A stretch of DNA of 64,000 bases from Phoronis australis (Eukaryota; Animalia; Phoronida), in the NCBI GenBank assembly GCA_002633005.1, contig NMRA01000129.1, forward strand, positions 562,570-626,569, written 5' to 3'. The first letter of the stretch is position 1; each line of letters starts with the position of its first letter. A program made the translations under genes and the position numbers. Of the stretch, positions 24,568 to 39,627 are shown piece by piece. The notes under the pieces are model-generated. The model saw only the letters and a program-made list of their open reading frames with translations, searched no databases and was not told where the DNA came from.

Positions 24568-25619
24568 CATCATTTTGGGTTCAGCTCCGTGCGCAATATT
24601 TTCACATGCAAATACTATGATATGAGTTCTGAAAACTAAACAAAAAAGTGAAATGAAAATGTCGACAATATTTCTTAATATACTGTAAAATTTTGCACCT
24701 GAGTAGAACACATAAATCACAAAAAGTTTTGGAACTTGTCACAATATATTAGGGATTAAGAAAGCAATATGCATGCCACCTTTTGGTCACCTATTGCACT
24801 ACACCAATTGAGGTTCTTTACGGTCAAATATGAGTCAATTTTTAAATTCGTTCTCAAAACAAAATATGTCGAGCCTAAAAGCAAAACTGCAACGTCTGTA
24901 AACTCTGTATTTTTGTCAATTTCGGAATACTTTCTACCTAAAAATGATAAGAACCACGCGCAAGGAGCATTTATAAGAAGCGTCTGAATGTGCATCAGCC
25001 ACAACGTCTGGGTGTCCTGCACAGATATTACTCAACGAAGTCAAGAAAAATCGTCAGAAATATAAGCAGACTTTAACTTAGAAATAGATTAAGCATAAAA
25101 TAATGGCTAAATCTCACACATGCTGTCATTTCTCGACCAACCTTTCAGCACAATTCTCTCAGTATTTCTTTCTATGCCCTTCGTAATTTCTCCATGATGT
25201 CTGATCTGTATTATATTTGCACCACATTCACATTGTACCAACCCTTGATACAGCCCCGTTGACCTAGTTCATGCAAATAACATACAAACTCCACCCACAG
25301 TTAATCACGATTCTGAGCATTTGGACAGACTCGATTAGGTCGCTAAAACTGAACAATTATTCCTAAATTTCTGCATTACGCAATACCGAAATTAATCATA
25401 TGTTGAAATTATAAATACCATACACTAGTAGCTATGAAAATTACTTGCTGTCTCAGTCAAGAAACACCTGAAAGTTCTGATATGATACCGAATGTGCACT
25501 TCTCGATCACCACCGCGTGTTATTGCCGATTTGACGCGTTGCGATTTTGGAGTTAATTTAAATTTTTGAACATCCATGTCTCGGTGATGCTTGAACGGAT
25601 TGCTATGAAATTTCGAATA

Positions 25620-26020
25620 CTTGCTATTTGATACCTTCTGAAGGGAACCGTATCTCAGAATCTCGATTTAGGTCCTAGTTTTTTTTTGGGAATGAAGCCT
25701 TCCAAAATCAAGAGTACGGCTGTTTTTGTTCTAGATGTCCTAAAAACTGGATAATCAAAAAACTAAGACCCAATTCAAATTTTTGAGACACGGTTCCCTC
25801 GAAAATGCCGTTAACATGTTTGTAAAAACCTGAATATGATTCGAGAAACAATATTTTCAAAATCTTAATTTGTTCAACATAAAAAAATACAAGAAATACA
25901 TCTCATGAAAACATAGAGACAAGTAATAATAACTTAGTAGGAGTAACGAGTAAGTTACAGCAAACAGAACTTTAGATATTTGCACATCATTACAACCTGG
26001 TAAACAAGGTTCACACTATC
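25620..26020. mobile_element. Partial copy of the foldback TTAA MITE family found at 47684-48254
   Basis: Shares gggaacc.t.tctcaga...tgagaca.ggttccctc and ends in aacctggtaaacaaggttcaca...TTAA. Confidence 0.7.
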
Positions 26021-27755
26021 TTAAGGCCCTTTCATATTGACTTAACTCCGGTTTGAGCGGAGCATTGACGTAAACAGTGCAGTTAACTGTACCGTTCATA
26101 CTGGCTTCGGTAGTTAATGAACATCGGAGTAAACAGTTGGTGACGCTGTCGTCATCGAAGTTATCGCAAGGTAGCGCTGCACACTAAGTTTTATTGTGAC
26201 ATTTTGGGAACATTAACATGTGCCAATTGACATTAAACTTATTTTTAAATCAATCATTATTACAGCAAAATATATGCAGCTATTAGTGACGGTACTACCC
26301 TGTAACTGTAGGCGATAACAGTGGCACCTGGCGATAACTTTGATTGGACTAAAGTTAACCGTTCATACTGCACCGCAGCGTCGACGCTGCATTGTTAAAT
26401 CCACCTGTTAACCGCGATGTTAACTGGAGTCAGGGAGCTGTTAACTGTGATCCAGGACTGACTGCAACTCCCCAAACCATTGACGCGTTGACATTAGTAA
26501 CGTAATAATAATAATGGCACATAAATATTAAACATTAATTTTTGTAATCACTTAATCTTTTTTCATAAACATGTACTTTTACTAGTTGACTAAGTGTGTT
26601 GTTTTCATGCACAAGTTAGAATGGAGGCCACTTAATAGGGTTTGAGATAACCTTAAACTTTTGAAACGTGGCAGAGTGATAGGTTCGAGAAAAAAAATGT
26701 ATCACAAGTGTTATGATAATTAATCACATGTTAAGGGAATATTTACGAAGCCTTGTATTTCCAGCTTGAACTTCAGATATGCATACTAGGTTAGATTGGC
26801 ACAATAAATTTGGTAGGAATTTGTTCCTTTTTACTTGTAAAGAGGCAGCCTCAATAAATTGCCTTAAATTGATAAATTACACATTAATGTCCTGCAAACA
26901 ATGATAAAATTGCACTCAAGGCACTTGTGTCCTGTTGTAATGGAATGAAAGTCTAGTGAAACTAAATGAAACATTTAAATGCACTCTTTACATGGAAAAT
27001 TATCTAGTTTGAGATAGTGAAAAGTTGGAGCTTGTGCTAAGCTTTAGCTTTGTAATGTCGGCCATTCCCAAATTCAATAATTATAAACTACAACAAACCA
27101 CCATTCTTCTTGTTGTTGGGCATCAACAGGGTAGCAGCTGTTTTGTGTGGTTTTATGAAGGGCCAAGTCTGTTATCAGGCTCTGTTGACGCAGTGTTCAA
27201 TATTTCAGAAATGTGAATGTGAAACTTGCTCTTGACCCAATCTTCAGAATCAAGAACATTGCATTTGGGCATGTGTTTTGGTATTCCATCTGTCCAAACT
27301 GGAAAATTTCTCTTGTTTTGAGAGATTTTGTAAGATTTAACCTGGTGAGGAGTTTAAATGTTTTTCCTTTTTTCAGTCTTTTTTCGTCTGTGAATTGATT
27401 AAGTATACTCACAGTGCTGCATTATATTTGAAATTTAATTTCAAGCCTGGGAACGTAGGCGTTGTGTGGTTTATGGTTTACTGTTATATCTGTGGCTTTT
27501 CCATGTGCATTTGCATTAAGGATATTGTTCACTGCGTATACTTTGAATTTTTTGCTTAAACCAATAATGCGCAATAGAGATTTCGCCCGGGCACAATGTT
27601 AACAGCCTAACACAACCTTTTTACTAAAACTTTTTAAGGTATTGATGGGTTTTATACTTTTTAACTTGATCATGTCCATCAAGAGTTACTAAAACAACGT
27701 TAAAAATGTAATTATCAAAACTTTGGTTATGGGCCTTTAAATCTTTGCATCATTA

Positions 27756-27985
27756 GGAGACAGTGTGGTTCAGTCGTCTGAGCTCTGGACTCCCGTTTGG
27801 GAGACCCAGGTTCGAATCCTGGCTATACTTGCAGATAATCGAACATTGCACGTTGTCTCCTACTCCTCTGAGCTCAGTTTTACTAATGAATGTATGCAAG
27901 GGAATTGATGAGAACCTGGATATAATGCGAAAGCGATTTCTGGAGCTGTGCTATCTGGAATTTTACTCACTGTTTGTTGTTAATC
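27756..27985 (+). mobile_element. tRNA-derived SINE
   Basis: GGAGACAGTG head, A box TGGTTCAGTCG and B box GGTTCGAATCC (27809-27819). The 3' limit is approximate. Confidence 0.7.
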
Positions 27986-30275
27986 AGAATGGAAACTGCT
28001 TTGATTGAGAGCACGTGGTAATCAACAATTAGACTATTCTATTAGACAGTTCTATTGTATTTTACTAAGTAATAGCCTGGAACAGCTGGATTTGTGTTAA
28101 AATAACCACAAAATATCAAAATCTTTGTTTTTCAAAACTCCAGTCTGTAGACTATTTTTTCTATTGCGAAACAATTGCCAATCCACACATAGCTAACCTG
28201 AAAAGCATCAAGGTCGCAAATGCCTGATAATTTTAGGATGTATCTGATAGTTAATCAGTATGGTAATGCCATGAAATCTTGACAATTTTGGACAAAGTTA
28301 ATTGCCAAACTTGTCCATTTCTCATTTTTCAAGGTCAGAATCATTGCGAGTGCCCAGAAATGTTCGAAGTTTTGTGAGGTGGTGGATTTACATGTAGACA
28401 AAACCTGAACATAGTAAATGGAAAGCATTGATTTTATGCTGTGTATCATGTATGAAAAAATAGAAAATTCATACATTGTGTGCTTAATGAGTGAGATTTC
28501 ACCATACAAAAGAATTTAATTATCATGTTAAACATGCTGGCAGCTTTGGTTGGTTAGTTTGGTGTAGTGACGTTTGTGTAAATTATTTGTTGTAAAATGT
28601 AAAAAAAATGACGCTAAAACTGTCTTTGTTTGTGTTTTAATATCTCGTGAAGTTTCCCTATTCATTTCAGGTTATCTCACACATTGTTCACAAATATTGG
28701 CCATTTTTGCAATATTCCTCATGTTCAGCAAAATGCCTTAAGGTATCTACATTATTAGGGAACTTCTATTATATACCCCATACGAAAAAAAGAAATGATG
28801 CAGAACCACCTTCAACCCTGTTGAAATTTGTTTACTACATATCCAAGTTCATAGGTCACAAAGCTGTTTACTCAGATTGAATCTCCACTACATTTTATTG
28901 AAATTTGGAACAACAGTATAATGGCCTCACTCAAGGATGGGAGGCACTGAACACTTCTCACAATTGTTTGCCTGTCAGAACACACGTCAATGGATTCTTC
29001 GCCCTTTCTTCACTCTTTCAAAAACTGCATGCAAATTAAGAAAAGTTTTGAGTCATTTCAAATCACAAGCCCTTCAGATGAGCACAGAAACTTTATTCTC
29101 TCTTGTATTTTTGACCCTTTCACTCCCAGACTAAGAAAATTAGGGGAAAAAATGCAAAATCAGCACTTTTCACCCCAAAATCACCACTTCCCTACCGATG
29201 CTCGACTAAAGCCAACATTAGATTGCGAAAGCAAATTTCCTACCGATTCCAAAAATGTGGTCTAAAAGTACTGTCAACTAGTTTTTTTGCAAATCTGGCT
29301 TGTGTGAGAGCTACCTGAAATTGCGGCCAATTTCTCAGTTGCTATACAGCAATGCACAATTGCAACAGGGGGCCACCATCTTGAAGAGTGCAGCTACAGC
29401 CGAGAAAGTGAAATTTTTTCATTCTCAGCATGTTCACAAATACAAACAAACCACATTCACTGAGCCTACATGCAATGCCTACCTACAAAATGCCCCCAAA
29501 CTTGGCCTACCCCAAAATTTTAATATTCTGGGAGTGCAAATTGGCCGCGGCCACAGCCTAACTGTTCAGTGCCACCTTGACAAACGCCTCTTTTCAATCG
29601 GTCCCTGCCTTCCAGTAACAGGAGGTGATGCTTTTTCACGTTTTTTTAGGGAGAGGGGTTTCCATATGATATCCGTTGATTTGTTAGACGTATTTCAATG
29701 AAATTTGTCACAGAGGCGTGTAATAGATGCATTGCAGTATTTATACTGTTTTGTAGATATGTGCATGAATACACAGACTTGTTAAAGTCTTGCATAACCT
29801 ACTGCAAAGGTTTGTCTGTTGTCAACCTGATGATTGTGATTCATGACTAACCAAATCTAAGGTTTATATTAAGTTTTCCATATTCAAGTTCCGAGGAAAC
29901 AAAAAGTGTCCTGTTACTGCAGATGTCTCTACTGACTTAAAACGATTGAAACTTGATTTCACATTCAAGTTTCATGTACGTTTAATGCATGCAATCACAA
30001 TACTTTCTGAAGCGTATTTTGAGCTGCAACTTGTTTTTTTTTCTTGGTTTAACGTTGCCTATGTAGATTATTCATGTAAATTTACAAGTAGTCAACCAGG
30101 TGGTGGGATTCAAGTTGCATCTGGAGTTTTTTTTTCTGGATTAGAAATATGTAACTATTTCAGACAAATCACGATTGCCTACCTGAGTTGGTTGTTTTGT
30201 TGAACAATTTTGTGTGTTTCAATACCCAGTTGAATTCCATTAGAATATTCGTTAAGTTATTAAATTAGAACACAA

Positions 30276-30645
30276 TAGGGCTGTTCTGGATTGCGTCACT
30301 CGAATCTCGCTGTATTTACCTGCTATGCTGTAAGCATCTGTCAGGCACATTTGTCATGCCACTGAAGTTACACATTTGTTGTTGACTGATTCTCATTCAC
30401 ATCACGATTATTCTACCGTATTTGTTTTTCCAATGCCAACGAAATATTACTGCTGTTGTGGACTGCAACTCTGACATGAAAGTTTGATAAACTGGACAAA
30501 TACCGTGGATTCGTGATCTGAAATCCGTCGCCTTCTCGACATCAATGAGAGACACGAAAATTGCCCGATTTCCAAAACCAGGTCACGCTTTCTTATCTCT
30601 GCTACAAAAGAGAGTTCTATTGCTGTGAAATCTGGGACAGCCCTA
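30276..30645. mobile_element. MITE with TAGGGCTGT TIRs
   Basis: TAGGGCTGTTCTGGATT at the left end and AATCTGGGACAGCCCTA at the right end. Confidence 0.65.
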
Positions 30646-30667
30646 TTAACTGTTAGCTGTGCAGAGG

Positions 30668-30765
30668 GTAATACTCACGGGGTCCCTTGTTTTGAAAACC
30701 CGTTTTCTCAACTGAATAATGGGCATCAAACTGGTTCTCAAGATGTGGACCCCTGTAAGTGACCA
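30668..30765. repeat. Short foldback (hairpin) repeat; a relative lies at about 51365-51460
   Basis: Imperfect inverted arms around ctgaataa, with a similar sequence in HIF intron 6. Confidence 0.55.
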
Positions 30766-31075
30766 CGCCCAGTATGAATCACAGTACATTGGGCAAGTAA
30801 CAGTTTAGCGCCAGAGATTTATGTGAATATACAGTGAAAGGTTCTGAGTTGATACAGTGGTTCATTCTCTGAAGGCCACTTCTTCATGAGAAGTTAACAC
30901 ATTGCAGGGACAACACATTGTGTTTCACAGGCAGTGATGTGTTACTTATCAGTCTTCAGGAAAATGTTCCAATTGTCCATGTTGTTATATTATAATGATA
31001 AAATTTACTTTAATATCGCTAGCACTTAAGTGTCTCACTCTCTTTCTTTTCTACTGGAAGTTGATGGTACAATAT

Positions 31076-31444
31076 AGCTGCTTTACACGAGAGACAGTTG
31101 TCACCATGTCAGTTGTCGTGGCGTGACATGTTCCACTTTAGTCACATTTACATGACACTAGATTGCAAACTGGATCAGCATGAGTCGCACGAAGATTGCA
31201 TACTCACATAAACAATAACGAACGTATATACTGCGCAAGATGATCCCTTTCTGTCGTGCCCCAGTTGTGTTTAGACGTGTAGTTGAAACTGGAGCAACTG
31301 ATTGAGTGCAACTCACTCTACCTCTCAATTCGGTGTCAAAAATGGCCGCCGCGGTGTCATTCGCTTTATGTCAGTCCTGTTTACACTCACACTTGCACCC
31401 AATCAGTTCTTTCAGTGTCAGCTGTCTCTCCTGTAAATATAGCT
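31076..31444. mobile_element. PIF/Harbinger-like MITE with a 3-bp TAT TSD
   Basis: TIR AGCT...TTTACA.GAGAGACAG.TG.CAC at both ends, with TAT on both flanks. Confidence 0.7.
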
Positions 31445-34400
31445 TATAGCAGTTATATCTGATGTGAATGACCATGTATCTGTATTTTTATCTTGTTTAT
31501 GTTATGTTACCCACAAGATAACTGTCATCTTTGTAACCAAAAAACTTACTGTATAGCTTCAGCCACTGATACTCTGGTTCATGATATCCTGACCACTAAT
31601 CCAGACCAAAAGTCAACTCCGACAATCTGACCTCGTTTCTGACCAGGCATTCTGGCCGCCACATCAGTAGATACCCATTTTGAATTAGTCTCATGAATTA
31701 CTGACAATGCCCTTCAGTTGAAGAATCAATATAGAGCAAATATTTTCGACTAAATTTTCAAGATGTTCAATAAACTTGCGATTCCCTTCACAATTTGCCA
31801 TAACGTCAATAAAACCAAACTAATATCATCAAAATTGTTCAACTGCTGTATTTCTCGCATTATTTACATGTACACGTTCATCATGATATACCCGATATAA
31901 AGACATTGCCAACAAAGGTTGCTGTTCATTAAATGATATTTGTGGGGTTAATGCTTCCCATTGTAAAAGTACGCTTAAATGTGATGTAACTCCCTCACCT
32001 GACTGCTTCTGTCAAAAATAACAATTGATTCAGCCTGTTTATTATTACGAAATCAGTCTGCCTTGTTCCATTCTAAGGCTAGAAATTCTTTATGAGTTTA
32101 AAAGGTTACCGAAGTACAAAAACGTGCATTTTTAATATAATTTAGTTTATGAATAAAGCCTATATCCGAAATCACATCTCTTTTATTCTTTCGCATTTTT
32201 GTTAGTGTTTTTTCCAATATTAATTCCTACTGGCATCTGACGTCACTGAGGCTGCACTGTGGGTGAAGGCAATGAGATAAATTAAAGAGTACATAGCTCA
32301 TTGGGTGAAAGCCTCTTGCCACAAAACTGTACTTTATGTGTATAAGTTGTGTGCGATCTCGGCTCTCAAAAGGTTATAATACAAGTTTACTGCCGTGTTG
32401 TGTTGACCATTAGTGGTTCAATGCCGTCTTGCATGGCCCCCGGGTAGCCATGGTGCAAAGCTGTATACTTTATATAGCCGTTGTGCCGATTTAGGTAAAA
32501 TGTGATTAAATAAAATCTAACACAAAATTAGTGTCATCAAAAACTACACTCTTCCTTGAGTAAACTAAATTATTTACCGGTGTTGGAAAATTTGGCATTT
32601 TACCAGCGTTATTCTGCTTCTAAAATTGTGGTGCACTCTTTTGTGTAGGCTTTTGCCATTGTTGATTATTGGCCAGTTTCTGTTTCCCGATTTTTCAGTC
32701 AAGTGTTCTCTTCCACAAGGTAGCTTACATGTCACAACAAATTATTGGAACTGGTTTCATTTTGTTAGAAATTTTTCATAATTTGATACCACAAAACCGA
32801 ATTACCGAACAAATTTTGGTGCTATGAAGCTGTCATCATCTCCCGAGAGATGTCGCAAAATTTTAGGAAATTGTGCTTGAGCATGTCATGAGCATACTGT
32901 TTTCAAAATGATGACTGGGTTTTCTTTGTTACAAAAGTCAGAGAATTGTGCAAAAAATGATGTTTATTAGATTGTTTTTCACTTAAACGGCTGCTGCAGC
33001 ATGCAATGTGAGTGTTGGTTGACACCCAGATTTTGTATGCACCCCCACCGGTTTACAGTTTTACATGTTGATATAAGTTTCATAAGGAACTAGGTGACGA
33101 GCAGAACATCCGGGCTGTGCCATATTGGTAGTTCGGTTTTATTTCAGCCGATACAGGTTGCTTGTCACGGTGGGTTGTTATCAGTCATGGAACCAATGTG
33201 GCCATCAAGGAGTTTTAGACATTTCATTGCAACAGAATTCGATTTAAACGAATGAAAAGAACGTGATGGCGTTGAAGAAAGCTATTTTTAACGTAAAAAC
33301 CTGCTTGTTTGTTTGGAATTGCAAAACTCACATTGCCCATCTAATGTCATTATTACCTTGGGACTCGCCCGAGTGTCTTATTAGCTCCAAAGTAATTTTT
33401 CATGATGTGGTATATGAATGAAGTAAACTGATACTTTGTTATTCATGATTCTGATATGGTCAGGGTGGATTCTTTGCCAGCAGTTGTTGATTGCTAAACC
33501 AAGTGAAATGTTCTTGTTGACCCCCAGCTGAAAGGTGCCTATGTTGTTCGCATTAAGCTCATGTCAGATGAGGGATACTGTCCGCTGAAAAGTTGTGCAA
33601 CTTGTTGGCTGACATCAAAATTACACATGTGATTGCAAGATGACACTTTGTAGAAAATTTAAGTATTTTCGGCAGGCACTTTGCAGATGTGGGAGGAGTG
33701 AGTGGTCTAATCCTAATACTTGAAATCTAACTTGAAATGGTTTTTGTAATTTTCCATTCTGTTTTGTACCAACCCAAGGTAAGTGTGCTCGAGTCTATTT
33801 TGGTGTATGTAGAAAAGTGTTGAGCCATATTCGCACTTGAACAGTCCTTGATTTGATCTATAAACTCCATTATGAACAAAACTAAGATTTCAAGTAAAAC
33901 TCAAAATTTTGAGTTCAAACTTGAACTTCTACCATTTGTGCTATTTTCAAGTGCAAGCAAAGATTAGATCGTCATCCACGTATAAACCCATATTTTAGCA
34001 CAGAATAAAAGACACACATGAAAAATAGAACGTAAATGTCAAAAATAATATCGAGTTCTGGAGCCGTCAGATTGTTTTGACCTAGACGATTTTGGTATGA
34101 ATTCAATTTATTGCCTGTCATGGGTGGTATTAGCCAGTTTGTTGCTTGTGTGAATGCAACAGCGAAAAGTTACGCAGCTCTTAATCGGACGGCAATGTCG
34201 CTTGTCCGAACCATACTTGTCTCAATAGCATTTCTCATAATTTTTAAAGCCTGTGGTGTAGTAAGATCACTGTTGTCCTCGGCAAAAGATGCTTGACATC
34301 AGTTCAATTATGATGAGTGTCAGATGGTCAATTCCTAATCCAGTACGTCTTTTAACATATTTTGCAGATTTGGGGCTTGAAAAATCAGGTCTTGTCAGCT

Positions 34401-35672
34401 CCAACAGCCTGTTCCACAGTTTGTACAAAACATGAAAATATGAACTGTGTACTGGGCCAAAGACTTCAAAAAATTTTGCACAAAGTCTGAAACTGATTCC
34501 AAATTTAATTTTACGTTTTTCAACTACTGAAAGTGCAGCCACCTGCTTGAAAAAACAAGTCAAAATTCACCAAATTAGCAGTTTTCATCCTCAGTGCCAC
34601 CATTTGCTTGCGATAACTATATGCCGGTCTGAGAGACAAAGCCTTCATAGTGCCAAAACTCTTCAGATTACAGAAATAAGATGAACAGTGGGTGTCGACC
34701 AGCCAATAGAAATCCAATGTGTCTGAAGGGTACCTGAATTTCCTGCAAAATTTCAACTTCCCGCTTGCTGGCAGTGGGGTTTAATTAAATTAAGAAAATC
34801 CTCTACTGCACAAAGTGTGAGTCAACTAGCAATCTTTCATTCAGATGAGACTCGGAAATTCTGCAAATGCCATACATAACCTTCATCAGCCAGTCCATCA
34901 GGCAGGCAATTTTTTATGAAATTGGGATGGGCAAATTCATCTGTGGCCCACAATTACTTTTGAGTGCCACCTTAGGCTCTAGGTTATTTCTTCTCAAAAC
35001 TGCAAAGTGTGTAGTATGTGGTTCAGGTAGCAATTAGATAAATGTTTCAGGTCAGCAGTAGATCAGTAAACCAAAACATGACACCAGAGTCTGCAGTGAT
35101 GGTGTTGACAACTGTGTGGAATCCATGTTTGTTCAGCCATGGTAGAATGCCCTCCCTCTTGTTCAAAAGGTTGTGCTTGTGTTACTACATCTGTTGATTG
35201 ACAGCCATTGAATGCCTGTTGCCATAGTACCCAACTGAACCAGGGGTTGGTGACTCTTATTACTTGTACTGTTAGTACATGCGCACTGCCAGGCCTTGCA
35301 CATTGTGCGCAGCTCAGTGGTTGGGATCAGCTGGTAGATAGAGTCTGTGTTACAGGATGTAGACATGCCTTACAAGTAGGCTGATTGATTGATTGATTGG
35401 TGCTTTAAAACAGATGATTTGTTTTATCTATGGATGATTGTGATATTATGTAGTTTTAACACCAGAATTATCTTCATTTTGATTGCCATTGGCTGGCAAA
35501 TTATCATTTGCAAATCATAGTCTTGACAATATGGTTTTATATATTATGTGGAATTAAGGATTTTATGGTTCTGAACAAAAAATATGGCTTTTAAAAGCAT
35601 TTTTCTTAACATTGGGACTTCTTGGTTCAATCCTTGCTGAAATATTAATCAAAATTTATTTTTTCCTTTTAG

Positions 35673-35860
35673 AAACTCTGAAAAACGCAAAGAAAAGTCG
35701 CGCGACGCGGCGCGCAATAGACGTGGCAAGGAGCAGGAAGTGTTCACTGACCTAATTAGCCAGCTGCCCCTTCCCAACGGTGATGCGTCTCAGTTGGACA
35801 AGGCATCTGTGTTGAGGCTGGCCATCAGCGTGCTGAAGCTGAGACGGATGCTGGGAGATG
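35673..35860 (+). CDS. HIF1A: HIF-alpha exon 2, bHLH ([34 protein letters not shown]...[20 protein letters not shown])
   Basis: Canonical HIF/SIM basic region and helix 2. ttttag acceptor and GTGAGT donor; phase 2/1. Confidence 0.97.
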
Positions 35861-36864
35861 GTGAGTCTACTTAATTGATTTTGTGGGGGTATCGTGGGGC
35901 ATGTGGACTACTCCGAGACCCCGGTGTCTCACATGATGGTGAGTTTATCTCTACTGTCACTTGAGGATCTTTGGGCGCATATTGTTGTTCTACGAGTTTG
36001 TGACACTTTTGTGACAGATTTTATGCAGCAAGGGTTTCAACAATTAAAACTGCATTTCCTTAGTATTTAGCTGTGAAAAATGAAAAATAAATTAAACCCT
36101 TAAGATCATAAAAGGGGTCTTATAATGTTCTTTACAATGATAGGGATTGATTTACCAGCAAGAATGGTGAAACCATCAGCGACTTGTGGAAAATGCTTCA
36201 GACTTCATAAGGGATGGCTAACACTAAATTTGTGAATTTGAAAGTGGCGCATGTACATATTGCCTGTGACTTTAATTACGGGCTAATTTGGCAACAATTC
36301 ACGATCGGATAAGCGTGTTATTGTTTTTAAACCCCAGTGGGCTTTCATTGGTTAAGAGGTCAACATTGACAACTAAATGGGGCCGAAATTTAATTTTTTT
36401 GGTTAAATTTTAAGTGGAGTGTATGCCCAAAATTTAAAACGAGAGCGCTCGGAGGAGCGACACTTGCCGAAATTACGCGAATTTTATCTAGTTTTGTGTA
36501 TTCATAAAACATGGCTAGCTGCAATGAAGCCATTCCAGTTGAGAAACTCCTGGATCATACCACCTATTTCATGCACTTTAACCATTTGAATGAATACATT
36601 CAAAATCGTTGAAGTGTAGAATCCTAGTCTCTGGTTCACAAAAATTGGGCCTGGCTTCTCTTGTATTTCTAGGTGCTGTAAACTGCGACAGGGCCAGAGT
36701 GTACCATAAATATTGATCTCTCAGGCGATTTTTTTTAACTTTACGCAAAAAATCTTTTATCCATGTTTAAAGCTACATTCTGCCCCGTTTAGCTAAGGCT
36801 AAAAGTAGACATATTGAACTCTTTGCTCTCATCAAATCTGTTTCAAATCTCTTGTCCATGTTAA

Positions 36865-37186
36865 AGCTACATTCTGTCCTATTTGGCTAGCTGTAAGTAG
36901 ATGAATTGGACCCTCTACTCTCATAAGATGGCTTCATGTTATTCCTTACCATGATAGGATTCTGTTTCTGTTACCAACTCAAGTTGTACGACTCAAGAAA
37001 ACGCTTATTGGAGGTTGGCCAACCATAAAATTGAGAATTCAAAAATGGCGTATGCAAACATTGTCTGTAACTTGAGTAGGTAATGAAAGAATGCTATCAC
37101 AGTAAGAAATATTACGATAAAGATTTTATGAGTGTCAAAGGCATGATTCGATTTACGTTTGTAGCCAGTTGAGAACAAATGAAGCT
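36865..37186. mobile_element. Foldback MITE flanked by TTAA (Kolobok-like, AG...CT ends)
   Basis: ttaa|agctacatt at the left and aatgaagct|ttaa at the right, with long imperfect inverted arms. Confidence 0.6.
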
Positions 37187-38426
37187 TTAAACCAAATTTA
37201 ATTGAAATCGTAAATGTTTTTTGAACCTTTTTTCAAAATCTTCGAGAAAATATGACAAAACCTTGGTCAAAAATCCATACTTTAATACAGTCACTTCAGT
37301 TCATAGAAATTGAAATTCTTTTATTTAGGAGTAGTTATTTAGGCTATTTTTCTATTGAGATTGCCTGCCGGTAAAGCTTATCTTATGAAGCATTGTGTTT
37401 GATATCAAAAAAATCCCATTTTTGGAAGTTTAAAGGTTCCTGTAAGTTTGACAGGACATTCAAAGTAGATGTCTTGCTTAAGCTATGATTGTTTGGTGGG
37501 TACTTTTTGTTTAGTCTACAAAATATCACCTAAGGGTCAGCAGTGAGCTGTGTATCTGAGTCTCTCTCTCTCTCTCACAGCTGTTGGCGAAGGCTTGGTT
37601 TTGAATTCTTAGAAAATTTTCATTTGTGTGCTGCATACACTGTTCTCCTTTTGTTGGTGATTTTCTTTTCAGCTGCTTAAGTAAATTAAATTTCAAATTC
37701 CGCCCCATTATTCAGGGTCTTGTTTGGTTTTGAAGAGTTATCGGTGCAAACAAGTCAAACAAAAATTATAAAATTAATTTCAGTGATGAGTCATAGTAAT
37801 GTAGTCGGTTTGACAATTAAATTCCATTCTGCATACCTTCGCTCCATACTTTATCATGTCACCTGACAAGTCACTCAGTGTTTTTCGACAATTTATCAGT
37901 CCAGATGTAGTTCAAGGTATTACCCATGACACCACGTTATTAGCTCTAGATCTTTCAGAAATGCTGCGGAGCAATTTTTGTTGTCTCCCATTAGCTTGGA
38001 GCTGGTGTCCAAGTGCAGCTATTTGCCAGTGTAGTGGAGCTGCCTAGGGAAGAAGAGATTAAAATCTAGATGGGCTTGTTGCAACAATAGAGCGTCTACA
38101 GCCTGTACAATTAATTAGTTGAAAAAGTAACCTATGAACCTTTTACACATTTGCTTTCTTACCTAAGAAAACGGGTTTGTTGTCGCTTACATAGGTATTT
38201 CATTTTGGGAACCAGTTCTACTGAATAATTAATTGACTTCGCACTAGGTCTCAAAATCCGATACTCATATGAAAGACTATTGCCGAAAAAAGTGCGCTTT
38301 TTGTATTTGAAAATGACCGAAACATTCCTAATGTGCTCTTGAGCATTAAATGACCATATCCCCAAAAACTGACCCTGGCAGTTGCATTTTTTCTCAAACA
38401 ATCGGGCTGATATTGTATTAGAAATT

Positions 38427-39012
38427 AGTTGCACATTCTCTCTTGCTTTCCTTGTGGTTGTAGACTGCAGGAGGTTATGCAATAAAGTAAATGGGTTTCC
38501 ATGGAGACGCAAGTGATTGTCTGATCTGGTGCAACTGTACTGCACTGCACTGCACTGAATTAAAAGACAGTTGTCAACCTGTAAGGGTTTAATTCTATTT
38601 TTGTTTTTGTCACCAGTGAGCAGCTCTACCTTTTTCCCACAATGTTAGTTGAAAAAAAGACTGTCCAATCTATGGTGACATGTCCAATAGGACTGTCCAA
38701 TCAATAGTTACGCGTCCAATTCTCATTTTCTGACACATATAAAAACTGTAAATTTTTCATAGCCCGAATTCTGTCAGATAGGTCAAGTTAGAGACTTAAT
38801 ATGCGACAAGTAATAAACTTTCAAACTGAAGTATCTGACAGAGTGTAGGAAAATACGTAGATTCATTACCTGATATTTGTATGAGGAATCAGTTGCACAT
38901 TCTCACTTTTTGGTCTTGATTGAAGACTGCAAGAGTTTATGCAATAAAGTAAATGGGTTTCCATGGAGATGCAAGTGATTGTCTGATCTGGTACAACTTT
39001 ACTACACTGAAT
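38427..39012. repeat. Dispersed direct duplication of about 125 bp
   Basis: agttgcacattctc...ttatgcaataaagtaaatgggtttccatggaga...tctgatctggt occurs at about 38427 and 38891. Confidence 0.8.
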
Positions 39013-39627
39013 TCAACTACAGTTTGTTGTGGGGTTTCATCAGCGTTTATAGTGGTTTCTAGCTGCATTCAAATGATGGACTCATGTGACTCCCTCGGCT
39101 TAGACCTGCTCTGTTGGTAGTTCATAGTTTCCTAATGCTGAGTCTATGTTTGAACATTCCAGCATAGTCAGCACTATCACACTAGAGGATAAAGTTTGAC
39201 TCTAGGCCCAGTTGTCAACTTGTACTTGTAGGGTTCAATTCTGGGCAATTCCATTTGTGACGGATGTACAATCAGAGAACATTTTCATCAATTGTGAAAA
39301 AAATAATCACCCTAGGAAAATGATAAATACATCAATTGATAGGTCTCACTGATAGCTTTCAAAGCATGTATCAACTTTTCCCCTATCTTTTAATCTGACT
39401 GAGAAAATTGTCTTTAAAGGGGGTGTGACGGATGTATGCAGAGAAATTGATTTTTTTCAATATTTAATGTCAATTTTCTGTGAGTTGCATTAAGGTACTA
39501 TTTTGTGTTTTACATGATGATTTAGTGGAGTGTTTGCAAAGTACAACACACTAATTGTTTGATGATATCTGCTAAGACATTTTTGTCAGGCTGCTCGATA
39601 TAAGTTGAGTTACTGTGACGGACGTAC

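Noticed and set aside
33727-33784. ATG followed by a strong AAG|GTAAGT donor as an alternative HIF first exon
   Set aside because: The ATG frame is phase 0 while exon 2 needs phase 2, and the phase-2 frame has a stop.
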